The translations under genes and the position numbers were made by a program. The notes below the pieces were generated by a model. That model was not told where the DNA came from. It did no database searches and saw only the letters and a program-made list of their open reading frames with translations. Below, one piece after another: positions 29,011 to 39,028 of a DNA stretch of 64,000 nucleotides. Each line of letters starts with the position of its first letter. Within the stretch, counting starts at the first letter, position 1. This stretch comes from an uncultured virus (IMG/VR IMGVR_UViG_3300025736_000022) (taxonomy: Duplodnaviria > Heunggongvirae > Uroviricota > Caudoviricetes), in the IMG/VR virus record IMGVR_UViG_3300025736_000022; one strand, 5' to 3'.

Positions 29011-29774
29011 GCGACAACCTCAGCATCTATCGCTTTCGCCGTACGCAAATGTGCAAGTATTTGTTTCTGGATAGGCAGTGGCAAGTTCAAACTTTCCATG
29101 GGGAACATTTTATGGTTATGATCTATTTGACCTTGCACATTGACATCCAGTGATGCTCTATCCCCGTATCCTCGTTTTTTCAATCGTGACCGCGCCACTG
29201 CTAATATAGCTGGCTCACTCCCATCAAGCACCTTGCGAATTAAACTACTCTCAAACATATCGTCTTTTATGTCCTCAATTTCACGGACAAGTTTTTGAAA
29301 ATCAGAATCTAAATACCATGTTTGGAATGTGGCCCGTTTGATGCCCACTTTACGGCAAGCAGCAGCGATAGAAAACGCAGATTTTACAAGGGCACACAAG
29401 AACAAATGCTGACGAAAATCTTTTCCATAATTGGCGAACATCGCTTCCACTTTTTCAATGCCTACATTTGCCCTATGCATACGATCTAATTTATGCCACA
29501 GCAACCTCATTGGCTCACTCAATCTATCGTATACATAATCACCCATATCGTATGTACATTTGCGTGATTCTTTACGCCAGCGACGTCCTCGGCGAATTGC
29601 AAAACGAAATGTTGGACGTGTTTGAATCCAATTATCGATTGTGGGTTTACTGATGTTCAGGACCTTTGCTATCTGGGACAATTTCAAACCATCACGCGCT
29701 AATTCATAACCCACAATAGCCAATTCGGGTTTCCATTTCCGCATCCACTTTTTCTTAGATGTTGCTTGTACCAT
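29007..29774 (-). CDS. terS: Terminase small subunit (two HTH-like regions)
   Basis: ATG at 29774 follows GGAAGG. Contains IAKVLNISKPTIDNW and AACRKVGIKRATFQTW. Overlaps the terL start. Confidence 0.7.
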   Translation of the reverse strand: MVQATSKKKWMRKWKPELAIVGYELARDGLKLSQIAKVLNISKPTIDNWIQTRPTFRFAIRRGRRWRKESRKCTYDMGDYVYDRLSEPMRLLWHKLDRMHRANVGIEKVEAMFANYGKDFRQHLFLCALVKSAFSIAAACRKVGIKRATFQTWYLDSDFQKLVREIEDIKDDMFESSLIRKVLDGSEPAILAVARSRLKKRGYGDRASLDVNVQGQIDHNHKMFPMESLNLPLPIQKQILAHLRTAKAIDAEVVA

Positions 29775-29956
29775 GCTATCCCTTCCCATACAAAAACCGA
29801 ACGTACATACATTAAGTATACGCCATATATGCAAAATTACTATAATTTTCGCATAGAAAAAATAGGGATTCTGCGGTAAAACCCCACATCCATCCGAAAA
29901 ACCCGTACTTTTATTCAAAAATCCCAAGATTTCCCTTGCCCATCTATTATAATATA

Positions 29957-29974
29957 ATACTATTATAATAGTAT
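29957..29974. promoter_or_regulatory. 18-bp perfect palindrome in the divergent control region (operator-like)
   Basis: ATACTATTATAATAGTAT, containing TATAAT, between the late (-) and early (+) arms. Confidence 0.5.
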
Positions 29975-30025
29975 AGTAAAGAAGATAAACAATATAGACA
30001 TTAGCATTTTGGAAAGGGAAAGACG

Positions 30026-30271
30026 ATGGACTTTATTGCAATGACAACACTTGCTGGCGGGCAATTCATTTTTGAGGCCAGTACGTTTCGCGCGGCAACC
30101 GACTACCCGGCAAGTACCACGCCACTTCTGCCGCGCCGCACGTCTATCTCTTGCGAGGTGGGTGGCAAGGAAGTAACCGGTTGCGTCACGGAGACCGCCA
30201 TTGAGGTTACGGACAAGGTCAATTACTACCTCAGCAAAGAATGGTTGGCAATCAAAGCCAAGGAGGCATAG
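30026..30271 (+). CDS. Hypothetical early protein
   Basis: GGAAAGGG RBS, followed by a GC hairpin. Confidence 0.6.
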   Translation: MDFIAMTTLAGGQFIFEASTFRAATDYPASTTPLLPRRTSISCEVGGKEVTGCVTETAIEVTDKVNYYLSKEWLAIKAKEA

Positions 30272-30282
30272 AGCCCCTTAAC

Positions 30283-30310
30283 GCCCCCGCGCTGGCATAG
30301 GCGGGGGCTT
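30283..30310 (+). terminator. GC-rich hairpin
   Basis: GCCCCCGC...GCGGGGGC followed by TT. Confidence 0.45.
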
Positions 30311-30336
30311 GGAAAGGATGGCGGAAAGGTAGAACG

Positions 30337-30606
30337 ATGAAAACCATACCCGACACACCATTTCAAATTGGCAGTAAAGTATGTGTACATCGAATGCCCG
30401 ATTGTCGTCATGATACGCTCGGAGTAATTACTAAAATATGGGAAGCAAAAGCCCTCACAACCGCATTCGGAAGCCCTCAATATATTACTCGCATTCGACT
30501 AACCAAAGGACAACGAACGCGATGCCCCAACTGTGGATTGCATGGGCGTCAATCCTTTATGGACTGTCACTCTATTTATCTCGAAACAATAGATGGGGGA
30601 ACCTGA
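30337..30606 (+). CDS. Hypothetical protein (CPNC)
   Basis: GGAAAGG RBS, 89 aa. Confidence 0.5.
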   Translation: MKTIPDTPFQIGSKVCVHRMPDCRHDTLGVITKIWEAKALTTAFGSPQYITRIRLTKGQRTRCPNCGLHGRQSFMDCHSIYLETIDGGT

Positions 30607-30611
30607 AGAAA

Positions 30612-30848
30612 ATGGACACGTCAAAACAACGCATTGAGACAGCACTAAAATCTCTCGATGAAAATCTCATGCGGCACACAATTGAGGCTATCCGTAAGAA
30701 TCTGGGATGGAGTCGATACAAGCTTGCCAAAATCGCAAAACTCAAATCCACCCAAACATTGTACAATTATCTGAACGGGCGCAGTGCAATGCGGCATGAC
30801 AACTTACATAAAGTACTTAACTGTTTACTAAATAAAACCCCAGATTAA
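30612..30848 (+). CDS. XRE/Cro-like HTH regulator
   Basis: RKNLGWSRYKLAKIAKL.STQTLYNYLNG. Confidence 0.75.
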   Translation: MDTSKQRIETALKSLDENLMRHTIEAIRKNLGWSRYKLAKIAKLKSTQTLYNYLNGRSAMRHDNLHKVLNCLLNKTPD

Positions 30849-30857
30849 ACGAAAACA

Positions 30858-30881
30858 AAAAGCTTAGATTTCTAAGCTTTT
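30858..30881. terminator. Bidirectional terminator-like palindrome
   Basis: AAAAGCTTAG-ATTT-CTAAGCTTTT. Confidence 0.5.
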
Positions 30882-30884
30882 CGC

Positions 30885-30913
30885 TTTACCGACTAGGCTG
30901 TCGTAGATATACT
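30885..30913 (+). promoter_or_regulatory. Sigma70-like promoter
   Basis: TTTACC-17bp-TATACT upstream of the sigma-like gene. Confidence 0.55.
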
Positions 30914-30960
30914 AACTGTGCCATGAACGCGGACTGAAATACTAACGCAGGAGGTATTAA

Positions 30961-31518
30961 ATGTCTAGCATCGCTCTGCACACAGACATAGCGGCCGACA
31001 AAGCTTTACATGAAGACATCGCAACTGAAACATTTGAACAATGTGAAAAACTGATGTATCAATACGTTTGGAAATTCCACAACCGCTATGAGGGTAATTT
31101 TGATGATTGGATAGGTGAAGGCCATCTAATATTTATGAAATGTCTGCATACATATAACAACCAATTTGCGTTCACAACATGGTTCGCGTTCAAATTACAA
31201 ATGGGTTTTATCTCTATAATACGCAAAAAATCACGACACACACAACCCAAAATCAAATACGATACCGAACTAGCAGAATCCCTATGTCCAACATACCACA
31301 CAACATTCGCAACCAAATGTGAACGTGTATCCGACCACGCATGGGCTGTGTGGCAAATGCTACAATATCCCCCACGTGAACTAGATAATGAAATTGATGC
31401 AGACGACCCAACCAACACACTCGATGCTATCATATGGTACTGTACAACGAAATTGCAATGGACCAAATCTCAAGTGCTTGAAAGCTTGACAGAACTGTGG
31501 GAATGTAGCCTATCATGA
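30961..31518 (+). CDS. Sigma-factor-like protein (region 2-like)
   Basis: KLMYQYVWKF...FDD..GEG.L.F.K....Y....AFTTW pattern, with a GGAGG RBS. Confidence 0.55.
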   Translation: MSSIALHTDIAADKALHEDIATETFEQCEKLMYQYVWKFHNRYEGNFDDWIGEGHLIFMKCLHTYNNQFAFTTWFAFKLQMGFISIIRKKSRHTQPKIKYDTELAESLCPTYHTTFATKCERVSDHAWAVWQMLQYPPRELDNEIDADDPTNTLDAIIWYCTTKLQWTKSQVLESLTELWECSLS

Positions 31519-32867
31519 CGTCGTTATACAAATATCAAAAGCAAGGTATATTAGCAATCGAACGGCTTGATGGCCGCGCATTGCTGGCTGATGATATGGG
31601 CTTAGGCAAAACCATTCAGGCTCTATACTACCTACGCCGAAACAAAACAGCCACAACCCCCACCCTGATCATATCCCCCGCTATAGCCAAATGGGAATGG
31701 CAAGAGCAAGCTCGCAAGCACACAAGACTACGCACCACGGTAGGTGAATCTTTCACGGCCCCCAAACATTTCGATCCTCAGCAGCACAAACGCATAGTCA
31801 TCAATTATGAAATCGCACTATACTGGTCCCGATTTATCATCCGCCACATGCGGCCACAATGCCTGATCCTTGATGAAGTCCACATGATTAAATCTATGGG
31901 TGCTGACCGCACGCAGATCATCCGTAAAATCGGCGCAAACATCCCCCACATCATAGCCATATCAGGTACACCACTACTCAGTCGCCCCATTGAATTATAC
32001 TCGACCATCAATCTGCTATGGCCCAAATCCTTTCCCCATTTCCTACCGTACGCTACACGCTACTGTAAACCAAAATTTGTATACGGACGACTCGACTTTA
32101 CTGGGGCGTGTAAATTGCCACTGCTTCGCGCCAAACTGAAACGATTGGGAATGATTCGACGACTGACAAAAGACGTACAAAAAGAACTGCCCAGTATACG
32201 CCGGATTGTCAAATTAGTGCATATTGACAATATGTCAGAGTACACCAAGGCACGAGACGATTTCAAAGCGTGGATCGCCAAAACCAAAGGCCAAAAAAAG
32301 AACCGTGAATGGAGAGCCGAGCGGTTAGTCCGCAACGGCTATCTACGCAGATTAGCAGCACAAGGAAAAATAACCGCAATCATCGAATGGATCGAATCGT
32401 TTCTTGAAGAAAATGACGGTAAACTCGTATTGTTTGCCCACCATCACTTTGTAATCGATGCCATACTAAAACGATTTTCCCGCTGCGCCGTTTCTGTTTA
32501 CGGAAAAACCAATGGCAAAGCAAAACACAGCGTCGTGAAACGATTTCAAACATCCAAACGCATCCGCATATTTATTGGATCGTTAGCTGCAAAAGAAGCT
32601 ATCACACTCACAGCAGCTAGTACACTGGCTTTCGCTGAATTGTGGGATGTGCCCGGTTGGCACAAACAAGCTGAGCAACGCATCCGACGAATCGGGCAGA
32701 AAAGCAAACATGTACTCATCTACTATTTTATTGCCAAAGGAACGGTTGATATTACAGTAGCCGAACGCATAGAAAGAAAACAAGGCGTTGTTACTCAAAC
32801 GCTTGACGGTAAACGCGAAGACCAGCAGCTAAACATCCACACATTATATCTCAGGGGACACAAATGA
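31515..32867 (+). CDS. SNF2/HARP-like helicase
   Basis: LLADDMGLGKT, LILDEVH, SGTP and QAEQRIRRIGQ motifs. Confidence 0.92.
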   Translation: MTSLYKYQKQGILAIERLDGRALLADDMGLGKTIQALYYLRRNKTATTPTLIISPAIAKWEWQEQARKHTRLRTTVGESFTAPKHFDPQQHKRIVINYEIALYWSRFIIRHMRPQCLILDEVHMIKSMGADRTQIIRKIGANIPHIIAISGTPLLSRPIELYSTINLLWPKSFPHFLPYATRYCKPKFVYGRLDFTGACKLPLLRAKLKRLGMIRRLTKDVQKELPSIRRIVKLVHIDNMSEYTKARDDFKAWIAKTKGQKKNREWRAERLVRNGYLRRLAAQGKITAIIEWIESFLEENDGKLVLFAHHHFVIDAILKRFSRCAVSVYGKTNGKAKHSVVKRFQTSKRIRIFIGSLAAKEAITLTAASTLAFAELWDVPGWHKQAEQRIRRIGQKSKHVLIYYFIAKGTVDITVAERIERKQGVVTQTLDGKREDQQLNIHTLYLRGHK

Positions 32868-33028
32868 AACGCCGAAAACCAACATCCATTCTATTCATCA
32901 AAACTGGAGAAACCTTTCCAGCGGAACTGAAAAATGCTTTCTCCGCAGAATGTCGGCGACGTGGTACCACCATGACTAAAACACTGGCGAAACTCGTTCG
33001 CAAATGGTTAGAAAACCCAACAGGGTAA
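32864..33028 (+). CDS. Ribbon-helix-helix-like DNA-binding protein (54 aa)
   Basis: Read manually: ..SILFIK....PAELKNAFSAECRRRGTTMTKTLAKLVRKWL, with an ATGA overlap. Confidence 0.6.
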   Translation: MKRRKPTSILFIKTGETFPAELKNAFSAECRRRGTTMTKTLAKLVRKWLENPTG

Positions 33029-33057
33029 AAACCCAACTTCCATAAGGAGAATGACTT

Positions 33058-33486
33058 ATGAATAAAACGGTCTTTTTTGCTATTGTTGGGACGATGATGG
33101 TATGTTTCATATTGTGGTTACAGGAGCCAACAAACACGAGACACACACGTGAGTACAAACCATACAGAGCCCCGTCGCCGCCAACAGAATCAACCCCAGA
33201 CTCCGTCTCTATGAAAATCGAGGCGTGGACTATGGCGGAGAGCTTTGTGAAAGACCGTCTCAAGTCACCAAGTACAGCACGGTTCGGCGGTATTTTACGT
33301 GGTGACTATCAGAACCCCAGGGAATGCGTCACGTATTTGGGCAACACCGAATATTGTGTGATAGGATGGGTGGATGCCCGGAACACTTTCGGAGGACTCG
33401 TGCGAACTGATTTTGTATTGAGACTAAGACGTAACGATGAAAATAGTTGGAGTATGGTTGAACTACCTATTATGGTTTCAAGGTGA
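33058..33486 (+). CDS. Membrane-anchored hypothetical protein
   Basis: N-terminal TM segment and VK..LKSPSTARF...G.VDA.N.FGG..R motif. Confidence 0.65.
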   Translation: MNKTVFFAIVGTMMVCFILWLQEPTNTRHTREYKPYRAPSPPTESTPDSVSMKIEAWTMAESFVKDRLKSPSTARFGGILRGDYQNPRECVTYLGNTEYCVIGWVDARNTFGGLVRTDFVLRLRRNDENSWSMVELPIMVSR

Positions 33487-33516
33487 GAGTATTAAATAAT
33501 CCCAATTGAAACGGCG

Positions 33517-34398
33517 ATGACCTCTATGGATTTTGAAACGTTATTACAATCAAATGGAATACGCACAGCGCCCGAAGGCCACCACCATGCCCGATATGGA
33601 TGGTTGCAATTTGACTGCCCATTCTGCGGCACGAACAGTGGCAAATATCATATGGGATATGACATCACCAATAAATACGTCAACTGCTGGAACTGTGGTC
33701 ACCACTCCATTACCGAGACAATGGCAGTCCTATTTGGAATAACCTATGTAGAAGCCAAAACGATTGCCAAGGGTATTCGGCCCGAACATCAGCAACTAAA
33801 ATTACACACAGGTCAATTCCTTAAACCCGCTGAAGTAGGCTCACTACACAACGCACATAAGCGGTATATAAAATCCCGTGGATTCGATTGGCGGTATATT
33901 GCTGAATTGTGGTCTGTTCAAGGCATTGCCCTATCTAATCCCGCCATGCAATGGCGCTTGTTCTTGCCTATATTTTACCGGGGAGAACGCGTCAGTTGGA
34001 CAACTAGAGCTATTGACGAGGACATACGTCCGCGTTATCTTTCTGCCAAACCAGAATACGAAACCATTCCACACAAAACCTTATTATACGGTGAAGACTT
34101 CGCGCGACATGCTATCGTTATCGTAGAGGGTCCCATTGATGTGTGGGCCATTGGTCCTGGCGCAGTAGCTACGTTTGGTTTGTCTATCACATCAGCACAA
34201 GTTCTCAAAATGTCTAAATACCCCATACGTGCTGTATGCCTCGATAATACAAAACAAGCGCAAGATACAGCACGAAAACTTGTAGATTCGTTGTCTGGAT
34301 ATAAGGGTGAAACGTACAACATACAATTGAGTGGTAAAGACGCAGCCGAATCGCCTTCCACTGAATTGGAGCGAATCAGAAAGGAGATTTTAACATGA
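33517..34398 (+). CDS. DNA primase (Zn finger + TOPRIM)
   Basis: CPFC...NCWNCG, IVEGPID and CLDN...KDAA motifs. Confidence 0.85.
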   Translation: MTSMDFETLLQSNGIRTAPEGHHHARYGWLQFDCPFCGTNSGKYHMGYDITNKYVNCWNCGHHSITETMAVLFGITYVEAKTIAKGIRPEHQQLKLHTGQFLKPAEVGSLHNAHKRYIKSRGFDWRYIAELWSVQGIALSNPAMQWRLFLPIFYRGERVSWTTRAIDEDIRPRYLSAKPEYETIPHKTLLYGEDFARHAIVIVEGPIDVWAIGPGAVATFGLSITSAQVLKMSKYPIRAVCLDNTKQAQDTARKLVDSLSGYKGETYNIQLSGKDAAESPSTELERIRKEILT

Positions 34399-35420
34399 AA
34401 ATCAAAGTTTCCAAGATCAAACCGAATCCGTACCGACGGATGAAGACGTATCCAATTGACAAAGACAAAGTCAAGCGACTTGAAACATCAATTCAAGAAA
34501 CAACCTTTTGGGATAACATCATTGCACGTCCACACCCAACGAAAAAGGGATTCTTTCAGCTAGGATACGGCCACCATCGACTTATCGCGCTTAGAAATTT
34601 GAGTGTTGATACTATTGACATTCCAATCCGCAATATCGACGATGCCACAATGTTGCGGATCATGGCGAATGAAAACCTGGAATGGAATCAATCGCCCGCT
34701 GTTATCAACGAAACCGTCCATGCCGCCCGTGATTTCCTGAATAAGGAGTTGGCGAAATATGCAACGTGGGAGGAATGCCTTAATGAATCTATTAAGGCAT
34801 TATTTACAGGAATCAAAGGAGATTTCAAACATTGCAAAACCAAAGGTGTCGGTCAGACTATCATCCTCAAATTCCTGGGTAGTAACTGGAAGCAATGGAT
34901 GGTGCAAGAGGCATTGGAAACTATCCAGTGCTATGTAATAGATAAAAAGACAAAAACAAAAACACACATTGAACGTAACGCAGTAGAAAAATTCCCCACC
35001 ATGTCTCAGGCACGTGAATTCAAAAAGGCCGTTGTAGATTACAAAATTCCAAAGAAAGAACAAAACACAATTGCACAAAAAATCACGAGGGGTAGTAAAC
35101 CCATAGGAACAAGAGATATTCGGAACGCAGTCAAAAAAGCAACAAAAATCCAACCCCAGATAACTCAACAAATGCGCGATATAGAAAGCGCTTTGAAAAA
35201 ACTGGACAGCATGACCTCCTCCGTCACATTTCTTGCCGACACAATTCGTCAAGATTTGAAGAAAATGGGCGTAACACAATTGCAAGGCATTAAAGCATTC
35301 TTCGTATTGTACAATGTAATATTAGCTGCAAAAGCTCTACACAACTTCGCAAAGTTTGTTGGAGGCAAAGACTTTGCGGATAAGAAAGAAACGAAACTTA
35401 TCAAAGGAGAAGTAAAATGA
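34395..35420 (+). CDS. ParB/Srx N-terminal domain protein
   Basis: IKPNPYR...L..SI......I......GHHRL.A...MA.EN. Confidence 0.78.
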   Translation: MKIKVSKIKPNPYRRMKTYPIDKDKVKRLETSIQETTFWDNIIARPHPTKKGFFQLGYGHHRLIALRNLSVDTIDIPIRNIDDATMLRIMANENLEWNQSPAVINETVHAARDFLNKELAKYATWEECLNESIKALFTGIKGDFKHCKTKGVGQTIILKFLGSNWKQWMVQEALETIQCYVIDKKTKTKTHIERNAVEKFPTMSQAREFKKAVVDYKIPKKEQNTIAQKITRGSKPIGTRDIRNAVKKATKIQPQITQQMRDIESALKKLDSMTSSVTFLADTIRQDLKKMGVTQLQGIKAFFVLYNVILAAKALHNFAKFVGGKDFADKKETKLIKGEVK

Positions 35421-35977
35421 AAAAGAAAACAGATGTTTCATTCCAAGAAAAAGTTGAAGAAGCTACAGATATTATAAAAACATGGGAACCGTGTGCCATG
35501 TCGTGGGAATACTTTATGATTTATTGTGCAGGGTGGTCTTCTGTCCCCGTACACACTCATGGAAAAAGGAGAAGTTTACAATACAGGGAATACGTAGCTT
35601 TTAGATTGCAACTCATATACGCAATCAATTTAGAATTAGCAAATAGAATGGATTGTCGTAGACTGGCAGCATGGAAGGATGACAACAAAAAACCCATTGT
35701 TAAATGGATGAGTACAAGTGAGTCTGTCCCATACGTCCTGATGAAACAGTTCAAAAGAATTACAAACACAAATGCAAAAACAATACAACGATGCAACAAA
35801 CTTTCAGCCGCAAAGAACATTAAAAAAAATCAAATTGTAGCAGTCAGACGGATCAAAAGAAATACGGAAACAAATCATATGAAAGCAAGTATGAAACTGG
35901 TAGCCGCAATGGCGATACAACCCACCAAAACCAGAAAAGTAAAGCAGGTTCTTCCTAGTAAAAAATCGCTAAAATGA
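35417..35977 (+). CDS. Hypothetical basic protein coupled to the ParB-like gene
   Basis: ATGA overlap, 186 aa. Confidence 0.55.
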   Translation: MKKKTDVSFQEKVEEATDIIKTWEPCAMSWEYFMIYCAGWSSVPVHTHGKRRSLQYREYVAFRLQLIYAINLELANRMDCRRLAAWKDDNKKPIVKWMSTSESVPYVLMKQFKRITNTNAKTIQRCNKLSAAKNIKKNQIVAVRRIKRNTETNHMKASMKLVAAMAIQPTKTRKVKQVLPSKKSLK

Positions 35978-36017
35978 TCTTCACCAACGCAAAAGAAACA
36001 AGCATCGAGATTTAACC

Positions 36018-36878
36018 ATGAAACCTACCAAACCTAATATTTTACGACTTGATGGTAACGCTATTGTTGCGCTTCAACAATTCAACACGATCAACGAGCT
36101 TGCGATATACGTTTTCATCCGTTATGCGCAAGCTTACACACCCCAAACAAAATACAGCAGCAAAACATTGGTGAAACTATTGGGTATAGAAAGATCGGGG
36201 ATACAAAACGCCATACAAAATCTGATCTGTTTGGGTTTGATAGGTTGGAAGAAGAAAAAACCTGGGGTCGCTTTGGTATTTGCTATTGAAACTAAAAAGA
36301 AGAAACAAACCACACCCCCCTATAGAACCCCCCAACAGGGATATATATCCCCCCCTAAAGGGGGGATAATATATATCCCTTTTTCCCTGGTAGTAAAAAC
36401 ATACACACACCAAGGGCTGTTAATACCTACATCACCAAATGATTACAAGAGAACACCCCAATACAAATTAGCCAGAAGGTTTTTCAACGCAATACCACTC
36501 AAAGTTAAGAGACGAATGAATAGATTGCCAAAGAAAGTCGATAGACATCGAGACTTTAGCGCTTGGGCTAAAGAGTTTGCGCATGTCCTCAATCGCAATC
36601 TATACACCGCCAAAGAAATTCAACGCGCAATTGATTGGTATGCAGATCATGTGTTAGAACCGTACACGCCGAAACTATATTCCGCCCGACGGTTTTGCGA
36701 TGAGTTATGGCGCGTGTTTGAATCGATGGAAAGAAATCAAAACAACACACAACGCCAAATAGGTTCGCCCCAACCAATTACAACGCAGAGTAAACTCATT
36801 CACAAGAAAGGACGTCGGGAAGTGGTAGAACTATCATATATGGACCCGGAAGCGCCTAGCAGCCCCTACAAGCCGTGA
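36018..36878 (+). CDS. Putative replication initiator (winged-HTH N-terminus)
   Basis: LVKLLGIERSGIQNAIQNL..LGLI wHTH, an internal palindromic ori-like region, and a position upstream of the helicase. Confidence 0.55.
   Translation: MKPTKPNILRLDGNAIVALQQFNTINELAIYVFIRYAQAYTPQTKYSSKTLVKLLGIERSGIQNAIQNLICLGLIGWKKKKPGVALVFAIETKKKKQTTPPYRTPQQGYISPPKGGIIYIPFSLVVKTYTHQGLLIPTSPNDYKRTPQYKLARRFFNAIPLKVKRRMNRLPKKVDRHRDFSAWAKEFAHVLNRNLYTAKEIQRAIDWYADHVLEPYTPKLYSARRFCDELWRVFESMERNQNNTQRQIGSPQPITTQSKLIHKKGRREVVELSYMDPEAPSSPYKP
36337..36380. other. Candidate replication origin palindrome
   Basis: AGGGATATATATCCCCCCCT-AA-AGGGGGGATAATATATATCCCT, a near-perfect inverted repeat inside the initiator-like gene. 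Confidence 0.5.
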
Positions 36879-37004
36879 TATTTTGATTTGTATACTATGT
36901 TACCCCTGAGCCCTTGAAAATCGCGTGTACAGATTGCTAGGTACCTTAAATCGATAACGTAGTACGTATTTAGATTGCATAATCGCATAAAAAGGGAATT
37001 AGCT

Positions 37005-38408
37005 GTGAAAATCCAGAAATCCCGTAATGCTGCTGATGAACATACGGTTCTAGCATCCATGGTAATGGATGATGTTGTATGTGGCCGAGTAACAAGCAAA
37101 TGGAAGTCTGATGCTTTCAAATCCAAGTGGTCCAATTTAGTGGCAGGTTGGTGCGTACGATATTACAATAAATATGAACACGCTCCGAAACGTCGCATCC
37201 GCAATTTGTTTGAACGATGGGCTGCAAAAACGCAAGACGAATCACTGATTGAAAGTGTAGAAACGTTCCTGGAGGAAATATCAGACGAATTTGTACATGA
37301 TAAAATAAATACCAATACGGAATATGTACTAGATGCTGCGGGCCGATTGTTCAATAGTGTTCATCTGGAACGCCTGCGAAACGATATTGAAGACAGTTTG
37401 GAAGAGAGCGATCCTGAAAGCGCTATTGAAACAATCACCAAATGGAATCGTATCAATCTTGGTGTGGGTGAATGGATCGATCCATTTACAGATCAAGCCG
37501 TGATGAAACAAGCTTTTGCACATTCTCATGATCCATTGATTCGTTATCCGGGTGATTTGGGTAAATTCTTTGGCATGCAGTTGGAACGCGATGGTTTGAT
37601 TTCATTTGAAGGACCAGAAAAGAGGGGAAAAACGTTCTGGCTTATGGATATGGTATTCCGTGCTGTGTTACAACGCAGGCGCGTAGCGTACTATCAAGTT
37701 GGTGATATGTCACAAGACCAAATCGTACGTCGTATGGCCTCCCGCATTTCTCGTACCCCATTGTACCCCGGTATGATCCGTTATCCTGAAAAACTAAAAG
37801 TGTTGCATCGCGGTACGAGTACTAAACCCCGCATTCAATACATACGTCGAACATTCAAACAGGGATTAGGATGGAGACAAGCGCACAAAGACGGGTTAGC
37901 TTACATGGCCAACAAAGCAAAAAGTGATCACAATTTATTGCGCCTTTCCATTCACCCCAACGATAGTTTGCACGTACGTGATATTGATACGATGCTGAAG
38001 GAATGGCAGCGGGATGGGTGGCCAGTAGATGTTGTGGTAATTGACTATGCCGATATTTTGGATATGACATACAGCGGCATTGAAGGTCGGGATCGCATAA
38101 ACCAAACGTGGAAGGATCTACGTAAACTATCTCAGGTATATCACTGCCTCGTTATCACAGCCACACAAACCGATAGTAATTCATATAATGCCGCCATCAT
38201 AGACCGTCAGCACTTCAGCGAAGACAAACGAAAACGTGCACACGTTACGGGTTCAATCGGGCTTAACCAATCGGAGGAGGAAAAGAAACGCGGTATCATG
38301 CGTTTGAACTGGGTAGTCAAGCGCGAAGGGGCCTATCTACCGAGCAAATGCGTGTATGTAGCTGGGTGCCCGGAAATTGGAAACTTGGCAATCCGGTCGA
38401 GCTTCTGA
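37005..38408 (+). CDS. Replicative DnaB-like helicase
   Basis: GPEKRGKT Walker A, VVVIDYAD, TATQ and SEDKRK motifs. Probable GTG start at 37005. Confidence 0.87.
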   Translation: MKIQKSRNAADEHTVLASMVMDDVVCGRVTSKWKSDAFKSKWSNLVAGWCVRYYNKYEHAPKRRIRNLFERWAAKTQDESLIESVETFLEEISDEFVHDKINTNTEYVLDAAGRLFNSVHLERLRNDIEDSLEESDPESAIETITKWNRINLGVGEWIDPFTDQAVMKQAFAHSHDPLIRYPGDLGKFFGMQLERDGLISFEGPEKRGKTFWLMDMVFRAVLQRRRVAYYQVGDMSQDQIVRRMASRISRTPLYPGMIRYPEKLKVLHRGTSTKPRIQYIRRTFKQGLGWRQAHKDGLAYMANKAKSDHNLLRLSIHPNDSLHVRDIDTMLKEWQRDGWPVDVVVIDYADILDMTYSGIEGRDRINQTWKDLRKLSQVYHCLVITATQTDSNSYNAAIIDRQHFSEDKRKRAHVTGSIGLNQSEEEKKRGIMRLNWVVKREGAYLPSKCVYVAGCPEIGNLAIRSSF

Positions 38409-38501
38409 AATTGTTGGGTTCAGAATATTGAAGTTTTTTCCGCTCTCCTGGTTTAATAATGGTGTTTTTAAAAAAATTAAGCAACTTTGCTAATTTTACA
38501 C

Positions 38502-38530
38502 TTGCCAACTACCGATGCTATTGTTAGACT
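38502..38530 (+). promoter_or_regulatory. Sigma70-like promoter
   Basis: TTGCCA-17bp-TAGACT with an AT-rich UP-like region. Confidence 0.6.
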
Positions 38531-38586
38531 AAAGACAGTAAGGTTGACAATTGAATACAGTAGAGCAAAGCAGAAAGGGCAGAACG

Positions 38587-38916
38587 ATGGCAGCCAAAGA
38601 CAACGTTATCGCTAAGATGGCCGACAAAAATGCATTGCACCTTTTGAGCAATAATGAAAACGCAGATCATGCATCAGACGAGACCAAGCGGGCATTTGAG
38701 ATCGAACGTAACATCGATCAGGTTGCCACCGATTTGGATATAGCGCTCACGTCGATGCTCAAGGATATCAAAGCCTTGCAGGAATTCTTGAAGTGTGATC
38801 GGGGATATACCTCTTCAGGCCTCAGCCGTTATGCAGCGGATGCCAATATGGCCATGGCGAAACTGACCACCCTTATGCCCATGCGCAAGTACCACAGCCA
38901 TCTGCTTCCTCGTTAA
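38587..38916 (+). CDS. Hypothetical early protein
   Basis: ATG at 38587 follows GAAAGGG. Confidence 0.55.
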   Translation: MAAKDNVIAKMADKNALHLLSNNENADHASDETKRAFEIERNIDQVATDLDIALTSMLKDIKALQEFLKCDRGYTSSGLSRYAADANMAMAKLTTLMPMRKYHSHLLPR

Positions 38917-39028
38917 TTGGGAAACCCGTGCCTGAGTGGAAGATAAAACTGATACTATGCATAGCAGCGTATGTTGCGTTGCTGATTTAAGAAATACCAC
39001 AACAACCTCATTTGGAAAGGCAACAATC

